Assembly: GCA_910587685.1 (NCBI GenBank)
Contig: CAJUMY010000003.1
Location: 64,600 to 128,599, forward strand
From: an uncultured Christensenellaceae bacterium
GTDB lineage: Bacteria; Bacillota; Clostridia; Christensenellales; UBA3700
Direction of reading: 5' to 3'
Length of the DNA: 64,000 nucleotides
The notes beneath the pieces are model-generated. The model had not been told where the DNA came from. It made no database searches and was given only the letters and a program-made list of their open reading frames with translations. Position numbers and translations under genes: made by a program. Positions 42,269-52,752 of this stretch are shown here, in pieces. The stretch's first letter is position 1; every line of letters begins with the position of its first letter.

Positions 42269-43834
42269 TCACCAGTACTTGAATTCCGCGTCTTCTATAT
42301 CGAAAACGTCTGTAACGAGCCCTTCGGCGAATTCCTGCTCATGGCTCACGAGAATTATCGCTCCCTGATATGACTTCAGCGATTCTTTAAGCGAATCCTT
42401 CGCCTTGACGTCGAGATGATTGGTAGGCTCGTCCAGTATCAATATATTGCTGTCGCGTTGCATCATGACGCACAGCTTGATCCTGACCTGCTCTCCTCCG
42501 CTGAGGAGCGAAACGGGCTTCGTCGACATCTCCTTCTTTATTCCCACTCTGGCGAGCTGATTGCGGCACTCTTTCTGTCCCATCTTCGGGAATATCTCGT
42601 TAAGATAGGTTATTCCCGTATAGTCGGTATCCTTAAAGTTAAGATCCTGTTCGAGATATCCGATTTTGGAATTGACGTGAAAATGCGTTTCTCCTCCGAG
42701 CTTCGGCACTATACCTAGGAGCGTCTTGATGAGCGTTGACTTGCCTATTCCGTTAGTTCCCCTTATCCATAGTTTCGTATCGCTCTTCATATGTATGTTA
42801 ATGGGCGGTAATAGCTGTCTTTCGTAACCTATCTTGAGATCCTTGACGACCAGCATATCGTTGGTGTGCAGCATAGCGTACGGAAAAGAAAATTCGGCGT
42901 CCTCGAAAGTTACGGGTTTATTCATAACGTCTATCCTATCGAGCATCTTTTTACGGCTGTTAGCCATGCCCGCCGTCGCGGCGCGCGCCTTGTTCTTCGC
43001 TATATATTCCTCCATCTTCTTTATCTCACGCTGTTGGCGTTCGTACGCTTCCGCGTATTGCTTACTGTTCATCTCGTGCTGTTCGACAAAAGAATTATAG
43101 TTGCCCGAATATCTCCTTATTTCTCCGTTTTCGACGTTGATAATGAGTTTGCACGTATCGTTAAGAAATTTCGTATCGTGCGATACTAATAGGAAGGTCC
43201 CTTCGAACTCATTCAAATATTTCGTCAGCCAGTCGATATGCTCTATATCGAGGAAGTTCGTCGGCTCGTCGAGAAGCATAACGTCGAGTTTCTCGAGCAG
43301 CAGTTTTGCGAGCATAAGTTTTGCCCTCTGTCCGCCGCTAAGCGTTCCTACCAGAGTATCGTACCCGAATATATGTATGCCTAAACCGTTGGCTACCTTC
43401 TTGATAGTCGCCTCAATATCGTAAAATCCCGAACGCTCGAGTTCTTCGTTCATCTTCGCGCTGCGATTGATGAGAGTGTCGAGCCTATCCATATCGTCGC
43501 CGACCTCCGACATCTCCTCGTAAAGTTTTTCAAGTCTCTCGTTGAGAGCGAAAAGATAGTCGAACGCGCCCTTCAAGTATTCCATTACGCTGAGCGATTT
43601 ATCAACCGTAGCATGCTGATCGAGATAGCCCCACCGTATACCGCTGAGCCACTTCACTTCGCCTGCATCCTGCATCACGCGTCCGGCTATAATATTCATG
43701 AACGTCGACTTGCCGGCGCCGTTGAGTCCGACTATGCCAGCGTGTTCGCCGTTATTTATCTTGAGCTCGGCGTCTTCGAAAAGAACCTTGCTGTCATACA
43801 TATGAGTAAGTCCGTTAATACTGAGTACGCTCAT
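42269..43834 (-). CDS. ABC-F family ATPase (two NBDs, no TM domain)
   Basis: 521 aa. Two Walker A sites (GLNGAGKST, GTNGIGKST), two LSGG signatures, and an inter-domain linker with a Q/R/E/K-rich helix. Confidence 0.85.
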   Translation of the reverse strand: MSVLSINGLTHMYDSKVLFEDAELKINNGEHAGIVGLNGAGKSTFMNIIAGRVMQDAGEVKWLSGIRWGYLDQHATVDKSLSVMEYLKGAFDYLFALNERLEKLYEEMSEVGDDMDRLDTLINRSAKMNEELERSGFYDIEATIKKVANGLGIHIFGYDTLVGTLSGGQRAKLMLAKLLLEKLDVMLLDEPTNFLDIEHIDWLTKYLNEFEGTFLLVSHDTKFLNDTCKLIINVENGEIRRYSGNYNSFVEQHEMNSKQYAEAYERQQREIKKMEEYIAKNKARAATAGMANSRKKMLDRIDVMNKPVTFEDAEFSFPYAMLHTNDMLVVKDLKIGYERQLLPPINIHMKSDTKLWIRGTNGIGKSTLIKTLLGIVPKLGGETHFHVNSKIGYLEQDLNFKDTDYTGITYLNEIFPKMGQKECRNQLARVGIKKEMSTKPVSLLSGGEQVRIKLCVMMQRDSNILILDEPTNHLDVKAKDSLKESLKSYQGAIILVSHEQEFAEGLVTDVFDIEDAEFKYW

Positions 43835-43894
43835 TGTAACACCTCTTTGAAATATGTATCATTCTATCATACGGCGGCATATCTTGGCAAGCGT

Positions 43895-44539
43895 TTATAC
43901 TTGGCTCGCCGTAACGCTGCCGACGCGCTCGCCGTCTTCAAATACGATAGCTTCGTTCGCCAAAACGTATACGGTATCCTCGCCGTTAAAGACTTTTTCC
44001 GCGGCTTCTTTCCTCTTTATCTCGTCGGCATGACAAACTATATTTTTATCAACGAGCGATATTCCATTCACCCTGCAATATTCGTCGCTCTCTCCTCTCT
44101 CTAGCATATAGTCGCTCAAAGATTCGGCAAAGAGATACATCGCTCCCGCGCTGTTGCCTGCGATAACGGCGCCCCTCTCGTACGCCGCCTTAACGAGCTC
44201 CCCTATTCCCATACTCGAAAATTCGTCTATCATATATTTATAATCGCCGCCGCCGATATATATAATATCGGCTTTAGATAATTTTTCCGCTATTCTGTCT
44301 CGGTTCATTTCGCCGTTTTTATACAGTACAACGTCGGCTTTGCACTTGAGTTTAGAAAACGCCTTAAAAAAACTGTTCGTATAAGGTTTCGACTCATGGC
44401 TCGCTTGCGGAAGAAAGACGGCGTACGGCTTGTTCTTTCCCTCTGCAAAAGCGTTACGCTCGACAAGCGAAACTATACGCTCGTTGATCTCTCCTTGTCC
44501 TCTCAGTTCTCCGCCGCCTACCGCTACTATTCTCTTCAT
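43895..44539 (-). CDS. peptidase S51 / type 1 glutamine amidotransferase-like protein
   Basis: 214 aa. IYIGGGD and nucleophile-elbow-like GNSAGA. Confidence 0.65.
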   Translation of the reverse strand: MKRIVAVGGGELRGQGEINERIVSLVERNAFAEGKNKPYAVFLPQASHESKPYTNSFFKAFSKLKCKADVVLYKNGEMNRDRIAEKLSKADIIYIGGGDYKYMIDEFSSMGIGELVKAAYERGAVIAGNSAGAMYLFAESLSDYMLERGESDEYCRVNGISLVDKNIVCHADEIKRKEAAEKVFNGEDTVYVLANEAIVFEDGERVGSVTASQV

Positions 44540-44759
44540 AAAGTCCTCCTTTTAATGATCTTATGCCAAAACAAGATCGCGATCGATATCCAAAAAATAC
44601 GCGTGATTTTTGTCCGACGCATAAGTTCAAATCAAACAGCGCTTTTTATTAAAGCAAGCGTGTTTAGCGTATCCGAATACTTTACTATATTAAGATAGTA
44701 TCCCCATAAGAGATACTATCGTTATGCGTTCATATTTCGTTAGAATCAGGTTTTCACCT

Positions 44760-45674
44760 TTATACTTTTATCTTGCCTGAGATCTCCGCGTACTCTTTCG
44801 AATCGGGAGAATATATTCTCCACTTTTCAGTATGCGTCGCGCTATCGCCTGCGCTCAACGTATACATCGGAGAGAGCGACTCTATCTCGGTCATTCTAAA
44901 GGACGTATATATCTCGAGATTGCACATATTGTCGGGATATTTGACGCCGCTTGCGAACGGCGCGAAACTCTTTTCGAACATACCGAACGAATATACCTCG
45001 TACGCCTTTCCTATCGGCGAAAGAGTGCCGATCTTGAGATTATTATCGCTGTCTACGGAAGCGTCCTGCTTTATTACGAACGCGTCGTTCCTCAAGTCAA
45101 ACCTTTCGTCGCGAACGTTATCGTAACTCCAAAGCACGAGATTTCTGTTCGAAAGCCAGCCTGTATCTTCGGCGCTGAGCGGTACGTAAGCTATACCGTT
45201 CGGAGCGGTAACGGTGAGCGCCCACAGCGAACACTCCATTTTCTCGCCGCCGACCTTATCGAATCTATGCTCGAGCGTTATCTCGCCGTCGTCCGACATT
45301 GTTATCTTGACGCTCTTTTTGAGCCCTGTCATCTTCTCCGCGGCAGAGGTAAATACTGCGCCGTTGTCGATATACTCAACGTCTACGGGATAGTTATCGG
45401 GAGCATAAGTCGCAAATTCCTCTTCCGACTTCCAAAGTCTGTGTCCGCCGTATATATGCCAGCTTTCGCCGCTCTTAAAGTTCTTATCAAAGTATTCGCC
45501 GCCAAGATTGATAGCGTCGTTGATATCCTCGTACATAAAGTTACTGCCGCCCTTAAAGCCCAGATATATAACTCTCGGACCTATATCCGTCGTGACCTTT
45601 AGCTCGGTTTTGCCGTTAGTGATATTCACCACGTTGCCGAATATAGAATACGTCTCTTTACTTACCGTGACCAT
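44760..45674 (-). CDS. hypothetical beta-rich protein (possibly DUF4380/aldose-epimerase-like)
   Basis: 304 aa with good SD (AAAGGAG). The family assignment is only a weak recollection. Confidence 0.5.
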   Translation of the reverse strand: MVTVSKETYSIFGNVVNITNGKTELKVTTDIGPRVIYLGFKGGSNFMYEDINDAINLGGEYFDKNFKSGESWHIYGGHRLWKSEEEFATYAPDNYPVDVEYIDNGAVFTSAAEKMTGLKKSVKITMSDDGEITLEHRFDKVGGEKMECSLWALTVTAPNGIAYVPLSAEDTGWLSNRNLVLWSYDNVRDERFDLRNDAFVIKQDASVDSDNNLKIGTLSPIGKAYEVYSFGMFEKSFAPFASGVKYPDNMCNLEIYTSFRMTEIESLSPMYTLSAGDSATHTEKWRIYSPDSKEYAEISGKIKV

Positions 45675-45773
45675 TTCATATCTCCTTTGAAGACGCCTTA
45701 TAACGTCTTCCGTTAACGCGTCATAATATAGTTATATCTATTATACCATCTCTTCTTTTTATTGTAAATAGCG

Positions 45774-45807
45774 AAAACAAAAAAGAGACCGCAAAATTGC
45801 GATCTCT
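45774..45807 (-). terminator. intrinsic terminator after the lipoprotein gene
   Basis: AGAGATCGC...GCGGTCTCT hairpin, then TTTTTTGTTTT on the minus strand. Confidence 0.7.
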
Positions 45808-45840
45808 TGATTTGTTTCGTATCAAATTATTCAGTCGTTC

Positions 45841-47013
45841 TCAGTAAACGTACGAAGAATTAATGCTGACGTTGATATTAGTAGAAAGTCCGTCTGCAAG
45901 AACAGCATTTATGATGCCGTCAAGACCGTCGGGCAACGAGAAGTTCGGAATAAGCGCCGGAAGCATATCGTTAAGCACCTTACCGAGCATAGTTGCGCTG
46001 ATAGTTACTCTCATGGTATCGCTGATCTGCATCTTGTTGATCTTCCAAGCGTCTGCATCCTTGTCGAACTTGAGATCCATATTCATCTTCACCGTACCGA
46101 AGTCGATAAGAGTACTAAGACCCTCTTTTACGTCGGTAGTTCCGAGAAGCGGCATCAAAATAGTCTCGGTCAAGTGTATCTGCTCTTCCTGATCAATATA
46201 CTTATCCGCATAAGCGTCTACTGCGGTCTGAGCTATACCGAATACTCTGTCGAGATTAGCGGGAGCTTCGGAAGTGATCTTGTTACCGCTCTTGTTGACC
46301 GTAACGGTGCCGAAATCAAAGAGCGAAAGCGACAAATAGTTATCGTCGATGAACTTCTTTATCTTCTTGTCGAGCTGAGCGTCGTCGCTGTACTCTGCGA
46401 GCGGAGCAAGAAGATCTGCAACGTTCTCATCGAGCTTGATCTCGGTGGGTTTGTATATAGCGCCGAGCGGATTGCCGTCGCCGTCCTTAAGGAAACTAAG
46501 CTGATTACCGCTCTTATCCTTAACTTCGTTAAGTCCGTAAATCGTAAGATTCGTGAGTTTAGCGCGAGTCTTGTTATAAGAAAGACCTACTTCGAATCTA
46601 ACTTTCGAAAGATTAGCGATAGCGGTCGGGTCGATATTCGGAGCGCCTTGGATACCTGCCAAAACACCGCTGAGGATGTTAGCGATCGAACCGTAAAGCT
46701 CTGCCTGAATATTGCTGACCTTAGCGCTGACGTTAAGCTCGTTGTTCTTAACTTCTCTGATGATATTGATGTCGACATTGTTGAGCCTGATACCGCCCAT
46801 AGTGCTTATTTTAATATCAATGCCGCCTATCTTGATGTCGTCGGTAATAGTCTTGGTCTCTGCGTCGGACTCGATGAATCCTTCCTGCAACGTGCTGATA
46901 GCCTCCTCGCCCTTAAGCGGAGTTCCGCCGGAACAAGCAACCATACACAGCATAGCTACTGCAAGAACCAACGCTACCGCGAGCATCAAAACTTTGCTCA
47001 TTTTTTTACTCAT
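45841..47013 (-). CDS. hypothetical lipoprotein
   Basis: 390 aa. Signal peptide plus lipobox (LCMVAC-SGG). AGGAGG SD. Confidence 0.7.
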   Translation of the reverse strand: MSKKMSKVLMLAVALVLAVAMLCMVACSGGTPLKGEEAISTLQEGFIESDAETKTITDDIKIGGIDIKISTMGGIRLNNVDINIIREVKNNELNVSAKVSNIQAELYGSIANILSGVLAGIQGAPNIDPTAIANLSKVRFEVGLSYNKTRAKLTNLTIYGLNEVKDKSGNQLSFLKDGDGNPLGAIYKPTEIKLDENVADLLAPLAEYSDDAQLDKKIKKFIDDNYLSLSLFDFGTVTVNKSGNKITSEAPANLDRVFGIAQTAVDAYADKYIDQEEQIHLTETILMPLLGTTDVKEGLSTLIDFGTVKMNMDLKFDKDADAWKINKMQISDTMRVTISATMLGKVLNDMLPALIPNFSLPDGLDGIINAVLADGLSTNINVSINSSYVY

Positions 47014-47210
47014 AACGAATAATTCCTCCTAAAAGAATTTGATTTTTATTATTTATATTTTATATCCAAATGATTTTAATGTCAATACAAATCGAACGAA
47101 TTAACGTATCTTAAATATTTCTTAATCTTTATTTTACATATGCTGATACGTTTGCCGTTATATTAAGAAATATATTTTCCTTAATTCGCCGATTTCAAAT
47201 TTATTTAATA

Positions 47211-48770
47211 TTATTTTTTACTTACAGCAGGATGATAGCCTTCCTTTTCGAGGAATTTTATCTCCATGTTTATATTATTTACGAATTCTTGGTTATTACG
47301 CGTCTTGACAAGCATTTGTATGAGATTTTCTGCGGCGTCCTGATTTTCGCCGTCCGCAAGGAGCCTTCTCATGCCCATAACGCCGTAGTATTCGTTCTCG
47401 CTAAGGAGCAGTTCTTCTCTTCTCGTGCCGCTCTTGTTGAGATCGACAGCGGGGAATATTCTCTTTTCGGAGAGCTTTCTGTCAAGGTGTATCTCCATAT
47501 TGCCCGTACCCTTGAACTCCTCGTATATGACGTCGTCCATCCTGCTGCCGGTATCGACTAGCGCGGTAGCTATTATTGTTAGACTTCCGCCGTTCTCGAT
47601 ATTACGCGCCGCTCCGAAAAATCTCTTTGGCGAATGCAGCGCGCCGGGGTCTATACCTCCAGAAAGAGTCCTTCCCGTCGGCGGTATCGTAAGGTTATAC
47701 GCTCTTGCGAGTCTCGTTAAGGAATCCATTATGACGACGACGTCCTTCCCCATCTCGACGCTTCGCTTCGCCCTCTCGATGAGTAGTTCCGCGCTCTTAG
47801 CATGGTGGTCGGGAGTCTCGTCGAACGTCGAATATATGACTGTGCCGTTTATCGACCTCTTCATATCGGTGACCTCTTCGGGACGCTCGTCTACGAGAAG
47901 AACGTACATCTCGACTTCGGGATAATTGGCGGTTATCGCGTTGGCGATGAGCTTGAGAAGGGTGGTCTTGCCGGCTTTCGGCGGCGAAACTATCATAGCC
48001 CTCTGTCCTTTTCCGATAGGAGCGATAAGATCGATACACCTTATTGCGAAATCGTTCTTTCTTCCTGCGTTCTCGAGTTTGAATCTCTCGTTCGGATATA
48101 TCGGTATAAGATTATCGAAATTGGGGCGGCTCTTGAGATTGAACGGAGGCAAACCGTTGACTTCCGTTACCTTGAACACTGCCGGCTGGCGGTTGTCCTG
48201 AAGCATTCTCGTCTGTCCTTTTACGTGATCGCCCTTTCTAAGTCCCAACATTTTGATGAGTTTTTGCGGTACATATGCGTCGTTTTTACTGTTTTCGCAA
48301 TTCTCCGCCCTCAAAAATCCATAGCCGTCCTGAAGTATCTCGAGCCAACCTTCTCTCTCCATAGAGCTCTCTTCTGCCTCTTCTGCGCTATCCGATTTTA
48401 ACTCCTCTTTCCCCTGTCCGTAATAGGCGTTGTTTCTGCCGCGCGGCGGCTCTGAGACGTTGTCCGCTACGGAAACGAGCGTCGATACGGGTTCCGCGGT
48501 TATCGGCTCGTCGGCCTTGTCTATATCTATAAGACGCGTGCCGCCGTCCGCCGACGTTACTATCTTGATAGTCTTGGGAGGACGTCCTCGCTTTGTCTTA
48601 TTCTCCTCGGGTTTTATCTTTCCCGACTGGATGTCCAAAATAGTCTGAATAAGATCGGCTTTATTCGCCGTAGTCGGCGACTTCGCTCCCATTTCTCTGC
48701 CCAAGGTACGAAGTTCGAAAATACCGAGATTCTCAAGTTCTTCCTTAGTATAAGTAATATTGGTTGCCAT
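47211..48770 (-). CDS. rho: transcription termination factor Rho (with about 100-aa N-terminal insertion)
   Basis: RNA-binding CSD-like GWLEILQDGYGFLR, Walker A PPKAGKTT, and the C-terminal RecA-like core. Start at the ATG after AAGGAG (MATNITY...). Confidence 0.92.
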   Translation of the reverse strand: MATNITYTKEELENLGIFELRTLGREMGAKSPTTANKADLIQTILDIQSGKIKPEENKTKRGRPPKTIKIVTSADGGTRLIDIDKADEPITAEPVSTLVSVADNVSEPPRGRNNAYYGQGKEELKSDSAEEAEESSMEREGWLEILQDGYGFLRAENCENSKNDAYVPQKLIKMLGLRKGDHVKGQTRMLQDNRQPAVFKVTEVNGLPPFNLKSRPNFDNLIPIYPNERFKLENAGRKNDFAIRCIDLIAPIGKGQRAMIVSPPKAGKTTLLKLIANAITANYPEVEMYVLLVDERPEEVTDMKRSINGTVIYSTFDETPDHHAKSAELLIERAKRSVEMGKDVVVIMDSLTRLARAYNLTIPPTGRTLSGGIDPGALHSPKRFFGAARNIENGGSLTIIATALVDTGSRMDDVIYEEFKGTGNMEIHLDRKLSEKRIFPAVDLNKSGTRREELLLSENEYYGVMGMRRLLADGENQDAAENLIQMLVKTRNNQEFVNNINMEIKFLEKEGYHPAVSKK

Positions 48771-49017
48771 ACTGTAACTCCTTTGCGTCAAACGACGCTT
48801 CCTACTCGTAAGAATAGCATATTAAAAATCAATGAAATAAACAAACAAAACATCAGATCGAATTTTAACAAAATGTCTCATTGTGTCGAAATTCATCGTA
48901 ATTACTATAAAATATCGTTATATCCGTAAATCTTCCCTAAACCGAACAATAAAAATATATACAAAATATTTGATTTAATGCAGCGGTAAGGAAATTATTT
49001 TCCTTACCTTATTCGCA

Positions 49018-49662
49018 TTATTTTTCAAGAACTATAACTTTGGTCGAATCGCTGTCGAATCTTCTGTCGAACTCTATCGTGTTGCTGCCGGCATATACTA
49101 TCGCCTCGTCGTCGAAAAGCCGCAGAAAATCATCAAGCCTGTCTATATCCATATCGCTATCGCGCGTCTTGTAGTGCATCGGAATAACTATATCCGGCAT
49201 GATGAGGTCGACGTAATTCTTCGCCTCCTCAGCATCTATCGTATAGTTCCCTCCGACGGGGATAAGCAATACGTTGACAGAACCGAGCGCCTCTACGAAA
49301 GATATCTGACATTCCTCTCCTATATCACCGAGATGACATATATCGACGCCGTCCATACCTATCGTAAATACGCGGTTTTCTCCGCGTTTTGCTCCTTGCT
49401 TGCGGTCATGGTAGCTCCTTAACGAAGCTATATGTACGCCGTCTATCTCGAACGCGCCTATACTGTCAAGCACTATAGGCTCGCCCTCGATCCTATCCAA
49501 AGCGTCGTGATCATTGTGCGAATGACTGACGGTGACTATATCCGCCTTTACTTTCGGCATTTCGTAACCGACTATTTTCGCATCGTAAGGATCGGTCACA
49601 ACGACCGCGCCGGTTGACTCTTCGAGCCTGAACGAGGAGTGTCCCAGCCATGTAATCTTCAT
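49018..49662 (-). CDS. MBL-fold metal-dependent hydrolase (UPF0173-like)
   Basis: MKITWLGHSSFRLE and the SHSHNDH metal motif. Confidence 0.75.
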   Translation of the reverse strand: MKITWLGHSSFRLEESTGAVVVTDPYDAKIVGYEMPKVKADIVTVSHSHNDHDALDRIEGEPIVLDSIGAFEIDGVHIASLRSYHDRKQGAKRGENRVFTIGMDGVDICHLGDIGEECQISFVEALGSVNVLLIPVGGNYTIDAEEAKNYVDLIMPDIVIPMHYKTRDSDMDIDRLDDFLRLFDDEAIVYAGSNTIEFDRRFDSDSTKVIVLEK

Positions 49663-49757
49663 CATTACCTCCCGTTAACATATATTATGTAACAACTATA
49701 GAGAAGATACCGACGGGAGCCTAATAACCGACTCCGCGTCCTTCTTCATCCTCTATT

Positions 49758-50924
49758 TTACTTCTTATCGTGGAATTTGTCAATAAGTTCGTTGATTTTA
49801 TCGTGCGGATCGAGCAGTCCCGAAAGAGACTTGTTCTGATTGCTTGCCGCGATGATGTAGGCTATGAACTTAGACATATCTGCCTCGACGAACCATTCTT
49901 TTTCGCGTAGCGCCGGCGAAACGTATGTAAGATTGGTGCTGAGAACAGCGGTAAAAAGACCCTTTTTATACGCTTCGTCGAACTTCTCAACGCCCTCCGT
50001 GAAGAGACCGTACGTAGCGGTAAGGAATATCTTATTACATCCTTTCTCCTTGAGTTCCGTACAGAGTTTGAGTACGGAATCGCCGGTCGCGATGATATCG
50101 TCGGCTACGAATATATCCTTTCCCTTAACGTCGTTACCGATGTAGTCGTGCGCCACTATCGGATTGCGTCCGTTGACTATCGTCGAATAATCTCTTCTCT
50201 TATAGAACATTCCGAGATTGACGCCGAGCACCGAAGCGTAATAGATATTACGCGACATCGCGCCTTCGTCGGGACTCACTATCATAAACGTATCCTTATC
50301 GAGACACATATCGGGGAATCTTCTGAGAAGAGCCTTTAGTATCTGATAGGTCGGCATAAAGTTATCGAAGCCGACGAGCGGGATAGCGTTCTGAACTCTC
50401 GGGTCGTGCGCGTCGAACGTGATGATGTCGGATACGCCCATGATCTCGAGTTCTCTGAGCATCTGAGCGCAGTCGAGCGACTCGCGCGCGTTACGTCTAT
50501 GCTGTCTGCCGCCGTAAAGTATAGGCATAACGACGGTTATCTTCTTCGCTTTGCCCCCGATAGCCGCTATGATCCTCTTGAGATCGGTATAATGATCGTC
50601 GGGAGACATACGGTTCTCGGCGCCGAACATATTGTAAGTCAACGAATAGTTGCCTACGTCGCAAAGGATATATACGTCCTTTCCTCTCACTGTTTCGTTG
50701 ATAAGAGCCTTACCGTCGCCCGTCGTGAATCTAGGGCATTTATTATTGATAAGGAACGTCTTTCTCTCAAAAGACTTGTTACATTTTTTAGCCTCTTGAT
50801 TGAACCAGTTGACAAGGTAGTAATCTACCTGTTTCCCCATATTCTCCGCGCTCTGCATCGCAATGATAGCGAGCTCGGACTTGTCTTCGTCAAAATTAAA
50901 TATTGACTCGAAAAACGGTGCCAT
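49758..50924 (-). CDS. ribose-phosphate pyrophosphokinase family protein (long form)
   Basis: 388 aa. PRPP-binding loop VADDIIATGDS. The motif region PILYGGRQHRR diverges from canonical RQDR. Confidence 0.65.
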   Translation of the reverse strand: MAPFFESIFNFDEDKSELAIIAMQSAENMGKQVDYYLVNWFNQEAKKCNKSFERKTFLINNKCPRFTTGDGKALINETVRGKDVYILCDVGNYSLTYNMFGAENRMSPDDHYTDLKRIIAAIGGKAKKITVVMPILYGGRQHRRNARESLDCAQMLRELEIMGVSDIITFDAHDPRVQNAIPLVGFDNFMPTYQILKALLRRFPDMCLDKDTFMIVSPDEGAMSRNIYYASVLGVNLGMFYKRRDYSTIVNGRNPIVAHDYIGNDVKGKDIFVADDIIATGDSVLKLCTELKEKGCNKIFLTATYGLFTEGVEKFDEAYKKGLFTAVLSTNLTYVSPALREKEWFVEADMSKFIAYIIAASNQNKSLSGLLDPHDKINELIDKFHDKK

Positions 50925-51065
50925 TTTAACCTCCGATACTTCTTATATGTATATCTGAATTTTATTTTTCAAAAGTTTGCCGACGATACTTATACGATAT
51001 TGCATATCCTTAACGTATCGCTTTTTCCGACGGGAAATCTACTTACTCGATGAAGCAATCGTATT

Positions 51066-52550
51066 CTATTCGCTGAAGAGATTGTTCGACTCGAACTCCG
51101 CCTCCGTGCTGATGTAAACGTTGAGCTTTTTGAGCACGCTTTCGTCGTCTTTAGAGAGCATGACGGTCGAGTGAGCCTCGCATCTATCCAAAAGTTTCAG
51201 CTTGGAAATCGCAAGTTTCGCAACGGGACTCGTCGCGGCGCATATACTGAGAGCGATAAGGACCTCTCTCAACGAAAGCACTCTCTTATGCTCGTGCAGA
51301 CTGTCCTTTTTGAGCTGAAGTATAGGCTCCAATACTATCGGAGAAATGAGATCTATCTCGTCGTCTATCTTTGCGAGAGTCTTGACCGCGTTGAGAACTA
51401 CGCTCGCCGCCGCCGAAAGTATCTCCGTCTGTTTGCCGGTCACTATCTTTCCGTTATGAAGCTCTACGGCGATAACGGGAACGCCTCCTACTGCGTACGA
51501 TTTGTCAAGCGACGCTTGCACAACCTTTCTGTCGGCAATAGTTATACCGAGATCGCTCATCAAAAGCTCAATCTTTTCCTTTGCTCCTATGTCGCCAAGT
51601 CCCTGCTTGTAATCGCAGCAAGCCTTGTAATAACGTCTCAAAACTTCCTGTTTCGCGGCGTCTTGAACAGCGTTGTCATCGACTATCGCGTAGCCTGCCA
51701 TATTGACGCCCATATCGGTCGGCGATTTATACGGCTCTTTATTCATTATCTTACTCAGTATAGCTTTGACCACGGGGAATACTTCGATATCTCTGTTATA
51801 ATTGACGGACATCGAACCGTAAGCCTCGAGATGAAAGTGATCTATCATATTGACGTCCTTAAGATCTGCCGTTGCCGCTTCGTACGCGACGTTGACAGGA
51901 TGCTTCAGCGGTATATTCCATATCGGGAACGTCTCGAACTTTGCATATCCGACCTTGTTGCCGAGCTTGTACTCGTGATAGAGCTGACAAAGACACGTCG
52001 CAAGTTTTCCGCTGCCGGGACCCGGCGCGGTCACTACGACGAGCGGTCTCGTCGTGGGAATATACGGATTCTTGCCGTATCCTTCGTCGCTGATTATAGT
52101 GTCTATATCGGTAGGATAGCCCTTTGTCTTGGTATGTATATATACCTTTTCGCCTCTTCTTTCGAGTTTCTTTTTGTATATATCCGCTTGAGCCTGTCCT
52201 TCGTACTGAGTAATGACCACACTGTTGATATATATATCGAGAGCCCTCAAATTGTCGATAAGTCTCAATACGTCGGAACCGTAGTTGATGCCGTAGTCCG
52301 CTCTTATCTTGTTCTTTTCAAGATCTCTCGCGTTTATAGCGATGATTATCTCCGCCTTATCCTTGAGTTTTTGAAGTATCTTGACTTTTGCGTTTACGTC
52401 AAAGCCGGGAAGAACTCTCGAAGCGTGACAGTCGTCGAAAAGTTTTCCGCCGAATTCGAGATAGAGTCTCGAGCCCGTCTCTTCTATACGTCGAAGTATC
52501 TCTTCGGTCTGTCTTTTAGTGTATAATTCGTTATCAAAACCAAATTTCAT
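51066..52550 (-). CDS. DUF1846 / UPF0371 family protein
   Basis: 494 aa. LYLEFGGKLFDD, VVTAPGPGSGKLATC and YAKFETFPIWN match UPF0371 proteins as I remember them. Confidence 0.8.
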   Translation of the reverse strand: MKFGFDNELYTKRQTEEILRRIEETGSRLYLEFGGKLFDDCHASRVLPGFDVNAKVKILQKLKDKAEIIIAINARDLEKNKIRADYGINYGSDVLRLIDNLRALDIYINSVVITQYEGQAQADIYKKKLERRGEKVYIHTKTKGYPTDIDTIISDEGYGKNPYIPTTRPLVVVTAPGPGSGKLATCLCQLYHEYKLGNKVGYAKFETFPIWNIPLKHPVNVAYEAATADLKDVNMIDHFHLEAYGSMSVNYNRDIEVFPVVKAILSKIMNKEPYKSPTDMGVNMAGYAIVDDNAVQDAAKQEVLRRYYKACCDYKQGLGDIGAKEKIELLMSDLGITIADRKVVQASLDKSYAVGGVPVIAVELHNGKIVTGKQTEILSAAASVVLNAVKTLAKIDDEIDLISPIVLEPILQLKKDSLHEHKRVLSLREVLIALSICAATSPVAKLAISKLKLLDRCEAHSTVMLSKDDESVLKKLNVYISTEAEFESNNLFSE

Positions 52551-52680
52551 AAAACGTACCTCTTTAGCGATAAGAGCCTCTCGCTCTTAAAAAAATCTCA
52601 CGATCAATCCCTTGTATATATTATCATTAATAGAAATTTATTTCAATAGAATTCGCTCACTTTCTATTAAAAAATTAAGT

Positions 52681-52717
52681 ATAAAATACGGCGGCGAAAA
52701 GTATTCTTTTCACCACC
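52681..52717 (-). terminator. intrinsic terminator ending the Gly-protein/ABC operon
   Basis: 12-bp stem (GGUGGUGAAAAG/CUUUUCGCCGCC, two G:U pairs), 4-nt loop, then GUAUUUUAU on the minus strand. Confidence 0.7.
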
Positions 52718-52752
52718 TCTAAGCTCTGCTTATAATTGTTTGAAAGTAGTAT

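Noticed and set aside
42269-43834. The ABC-F protein as an antibiotic-resistance (ARE) determinant.
   Set aside because: ARE and housekeeping ABC-F proteins cannot be separated by eye. There is no upstream leader-peptide/attenuator (only 60 nt to the preceding gene) and no mobile context.
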